A stretch of 64,000 nucleotides of DNA from Mobula hypostoma (Eukaryota), in NCBI RefSeq assembly GCF_963921235.1, contig NC_086097.1:67954001-68018000 (forward strand). Direction: 5' to 3'. The stretch's first letter is position 1; each line of letters starts with the position of its first letter. Made by a program: the position numbers and the translations under genes. Shown in pieces: positions 60,118-64,000 of the stretch. The notes below the pieces were generated by a model. That model made no database searches and had not been told where the DNA came from. It saw nothing but the letters and a program-made list of their open reading frames with translations.

Positions 60118-61065
60118 TTGGTATGAGTCAGGTGTCTTAGGGAATATTCTTCACCATCTTTAGATGGACGTAGCTGCTCAAGAAATCTGACACCATCTTT
60201 AAAAATGTGTTCATTTGATCAGTTGCACATCCACCAGTTTAAACACACAGCCTTTCTACCATCATTCCACCGTGGCTGCTAAGTCCACTGCAATTCAGCA
60301 GTAACTTGGAAAAGCTTCATTAATAGCACACCTCAATCTTTACAACTTCAGGTTAGTCATCTGTCTACAAACAATCCTCTTGTGAAAGTGTATGGTAAAT
60401 GAGACATTCTGATAATGCATCCCTAACTGGAATATGGAAGAATCTTCACTAAATGAAGACTTCCCTTTCCATAGAAATATAAGGTACATATATCCTCAGT
60501 GTCGTTCATGTTCTAAGAAAGGAATTTTTTAAATGTTATAATAAAAATGATAAAGCATAATATAAACTTTAAAAGTTACCTTTCATATGTTGTCAAGGAT
60601 GTTTTTTAAAGATCCAGAAGATATGCTTATGGGAAACAAGGTTTGGCATGTGCGATACACAGCTGGAGGTCTCTAATCATTGGAAGCCTGTATACTAACA
60701 ATATCAACTCAAAGTGCACACTGCTTTGATCACTTACAGCAGTGCTGTGCAAACACTCTGGAATATTGCTTAACATCTATATTAATTACAAATTTGCCAA
60801 ATTTATGCTCACTGTTCATTTCTATGATTGCACAGTTCAAAAGTGCTGCCCTCTGTGTTCACTGCCAAGATGCATCAGCAGGAGACCTCAGTCGTGTGTG
60901 ACTCAAATCAGCTAAAGCTGAAGTTTTTTTCCCTTCTCCACAGATGCTGCCTGATTTTTCCCTAGTATTGTCTCCTCTCATTCCCAATTTCCAGCAATTA
61001 CAGCTATTCTTCCCTTTCAATTACTGATTGAAACTGATCTGTATCTTAATAGTGGGGGTTCCTTG

Positions 61066-61282
61066 TAAGACCATAAGACCATAAGATACAGAAGCATAAG
61101 TAGGCCATTCAGCCCATCGGGTCTGCTCCACCATTCAATCATGGGCTGATTCAACTCTTCCAATCATCCCCGTTCCCCTGTTTTCAAACCATACCCTTTG
61201 ATGCCCTGGCTAATCAAGAACCTATCTATCTCTGTCTTCAATACACCCAATGGCTTGGCCTCCACAGCTGCTCGTGGCAACC
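61066..61282 (-). mobile_element. CR1 3' end (5'-truncated)
   Basis: An (accataag)n tail is followed by 'taggccattcagcccatcg.gtctgctccaccattcaatcatgg', as in the copies at 37262 and 51786. Confidence 0.85.
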
Positions 61283-61707
61283 CCATGGCATTTGTACAAT
61301 TGGCTTGGCTGAATTTACAGTAATTAATAACCTTAGGAGGCTAAGGATGGGTGATTTCAGAGATAGCAACGCTATTGATTAGAAGAGGGAAGTGGTTATA
61401 GTAGGAATATTAGTCAGTAGTAAATAAATTAATGAATGGCACAATATAAGAGCGGAGGAGATACAAAGTGGAATATGTGCGCTGTATTAATAAAGAGCCA
61501 AGGGAGTCTCAAGATATGTGTCCTGAGGTAGTACAAGGAGAAAATAAAAAAAACAGAATGGATTTACATTTCAAACTAAAAATCTTTTGTCAGAACTGTA
61601 ATAGTTTCTCTGGGAATCCATGAAAAGCTGCAGTGCTATGCATTACAGTATCTTCACACAAGTGGTCAAGGCCAAATATTATTTCCTCCTTATTCCATTG
61701 AATCATA

Positions 61708-62449
61708 TGTAAGGGGTTTTGCCTTTTATGTTATTGCTAAGGCTAATAAAATGGCTTCTTTGTTATGTTAAAAATAAAATGGCTTCTCTGTGATGTTAAC
61801 TGCTGAGACAGTGGTTCTCTCTCTAGCAGCTTGTTTGGGTTATAATTACTGATAACAAGAATTGTATTCATTTGCTAACCAATTGGGATAAATGTTATTC
61901 TTTCTTGTGTGTCTGTAAGCTACTGTTTTTACGGGCTTTGGGCAGAAGGTGGATGGGGACAGACAGAGGAGACGCGATGCTGTAAGCTGGGCGATGGAAC
62001 AGACCCCGAGCGGGAGTCTGAGGCCCAGGGTCTTTGGCGAGGAGAGGAGACACGGACAGACTCGATTAGAGTGTTTGGTCGATCACCGAGGGTGGTCCTA
62101 TTCGTGGGTCAGCAGAGCTCAGAGGACATCGACTGGAGGAAGGGGGATCCAGTTCTGTAAGAGCTCCAAAAATGCGTGCATGAACTGGTTAATAATAATG
62201 GTGCCTTTTTCTTTTTTTTTAAGAACAGTAAAACAGTTCTTATTTTGTTCCTTTACTATCTACATAGTCAAAGTAAGAGTTATAAAGTGTAATCATTTAA
62301 TCGCATATGGTGTACTGTCTGTTATTTGGTGTGGTGGGGTACATCACACAGCATCTACACAAACTTGATTACCCAGTTTGGCGGGGTCAAAGGCTGCTCC
62401 CCCTAGACAAAAGTGAGCTGAGCGAGCTCAAGGCTTACCACGGGAGACA
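61708..62449 (+). mobile_element. Solo LTR, related to 47099-47786
   Basis: Starts tgtaagggg. It shares the blocks 'aaaatgg...ctttgttatgtt', 'aatcatttaat.gcat.tggtgta.tgtctgttatttgg' and 'tacatcacacagcatc.acacaaac...attacccagtttg'. Probable TSD cata/catt. Confidence 0.75.
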
Positions 62450-62525
62450 CATTCAAAAATTATGACGAGGCTATTCTGTTCATCATACCTTTGGTAGTTG
62501 TAAGGTAACTCCATAGCTAAAATTC

Positions 62526-62569
62526 ACCTTCTACCATGAGATCCATTACCTTCTACCATGAGATCCATT
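62526..62569. repeat. Perfect 22-bp tandem duplication
   Basis: accttctaccatgagatccatt x2, seen directly. Confidence 0.95.
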
Positions 62570-63560
62570 GCCTTGCAGTCATCGTCCTTCAAATACACAT
62601 CCAAGTACAAGTAGATTTTTAATTGTGATGATGGTTTCAAACCACCCTTTAAAACACTAAGTTCCACACTTTTCATTTCTACTTTAAATTTAGGTCTCTT
62701 GGAATCTTTTCAAAAGAACATTCTTCCTATTTATTGCATTCAGGCCCTTCATAATTCTATACATCTCCATTAAGTTGTCATTTAGCCTCCTCTGATCCGA
62801 AGAGGGCAAACTAGTTAATCACTCTGCATAGCTAACATTTTCCTGTCTTGTTAACAAACTCGTAAATTATATCTTCTCTGAAATGCAAAGACCAGAACTA
62901 CTGGCAGGTCTCAAGTTGTAGTTTAGTTAGTGTTATATACAGCTCTACTATAGCTTTTTATATTCTAACCAAAACATCTGAGCACTTCTTTTTTTTATCA
63001 TGCCTCCTAATCTGAATCAGTAAAGTAGATATTGAGTACTCAGCTTGCAGAACCCCTCAGGTAACAGCCTTCCAGTCACAGAAACACCCATCAACCACTA
63101 ACTTTTGCTTTTGGTTAGCAAGACAATTTTGGATTCAATTTATCATTCTTCTTTAAAATCTCAGGAGCTTTGGCTCTTGATCAGCCTGCTACATGGACCT
63201 TGTCAAAAGCCTTGCTAAAATTCATACAGACCATATCAAGATCGTTGTCCTCATTGACCTTCTAAAAAAAAACACAAGCAGGTTTTTCCAAACACAACCT
63301 TCCTTTAACAAATCCATACTGACGAATAAGTGCTTTCATAAATAAATGTATTCCAATAATTTGTTTATCACCTAAATGGCTTGTAAACACTTAGTTTTTC
63401 CCTTTCTCCTATTATGAACAAAGGGACAAAAGCAGTCCTGCAATTCTCTTGCACGAGGGAGGATTAATAAATGATGGTCAGAGCAGCCATAATTTCCTGC
63501 CATATTTCAATTAAAACTCTAGGATATTTTATATTCTACTTCCACCATCTATGAACCAAG
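62570..63560 (-). mobile_element. Decayed CR1
   Basis: 'ggaccttgtcaaaagccttgctaaaattcatacagacc' is the reverse complement of VxMxFSKAFDKV. Other CR1-like blocks are present. Confidence 0.6.
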
Positions 63561-64000
63561 AAAGCCTGGCAAACAGAACTCATAGTAAACATTCAAAAGG
63601 CCATTGTAATCTCAAATAGCAATGTTGCAATACTCACAGCTAGATCTCACTTTAACAGCTTTTCAAACAAATCACCCAAAGAAAGTTGCTAGACACATTT
63701 CCCTCCCTTTGACAGGACATCTGTATAGCAGAAGCACAAATCCGCACAACTAAACACTCATTGAAAAGACTAGGGATCATTGAGACACCTGTTGCTGAGG
63801 CTGTCACCAGCAAGCACAGGGTGAAATAATTGGAAGTGATCATATTTTCATTCATAATCTTTTTGCTCACATCTAATTGACTCCAAATATGTACTTTTTC
63901 TGATTTGCAAGAATCCATTTCTTAATTATCTTTACCGTGCTACTCCTACTTGACGAGCCAATGCAAGAAATAACAAAGTATATCATAATTACGTTTTAAA

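Noticed and set aside
1..64000. ORF-track entries as host genes
   Set aside because: Almost all are frameshifted LINE/LTR fragments or antisense shadows of them (e.g. 20922, 22098, 32538, 43687). None is a recognisable cellular protein.
1..64000. CRISPR arrays, rRNA, intact tRNA genes, prokaryotic operons
   Set aside because: No regularly spaced repeat-spacer array or rRNA-like sequence was seen. The tRNA-like boxes belong to SINE heads, and the sequence is vertebrate repeat-rich DNA.

Overview
This is eukaryotic, AT-rich, repeat-dense vertebrate DNA that looks intronic or intergenic. The repeat mix (abundant CR1 and Rex1/Babar-type LINEs, HE1/V-SINE-like SINEs, Penelope-like elements) suggests a cartilaginous fish such as a ray or shark, which is an inference. 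I could not confidently identify any host protein-coding gene. Nearly all ORFs in the track are decayed retroelement fragments or their antisense shadows. The main elements are: many CR1 and Rex1-type LINE pieces; a decayed Gypsy LTR retrotransposon (19237-24352, ~155-bp LTRs, tRNA-Leu-like PBS); an RTE LINE inside a ~150-bp direct repeat; two related solo LTRs; and hAT, Tc1 and Harbinger MITEs. The most interesting system is a Penelope-like family. One copy (43179-44107) has an intact GIY-YIG endonuclease domain, a 14-bp target-site duplication (TSD) and a complete minimal type I hammerhead ribozyme. Further ribozyme copies and tiny non-coding fold-back derivatives occur elsewhere in the window. 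Repeat-free islands carry candidate exons, a candidate promoter and AG|GT recursive-splice-like sites on both strands; these remain unverified. All family assignments come from motif recognition by eye, and boundaries without a TSD or terminal inverted repeat (TIR) are approximate.
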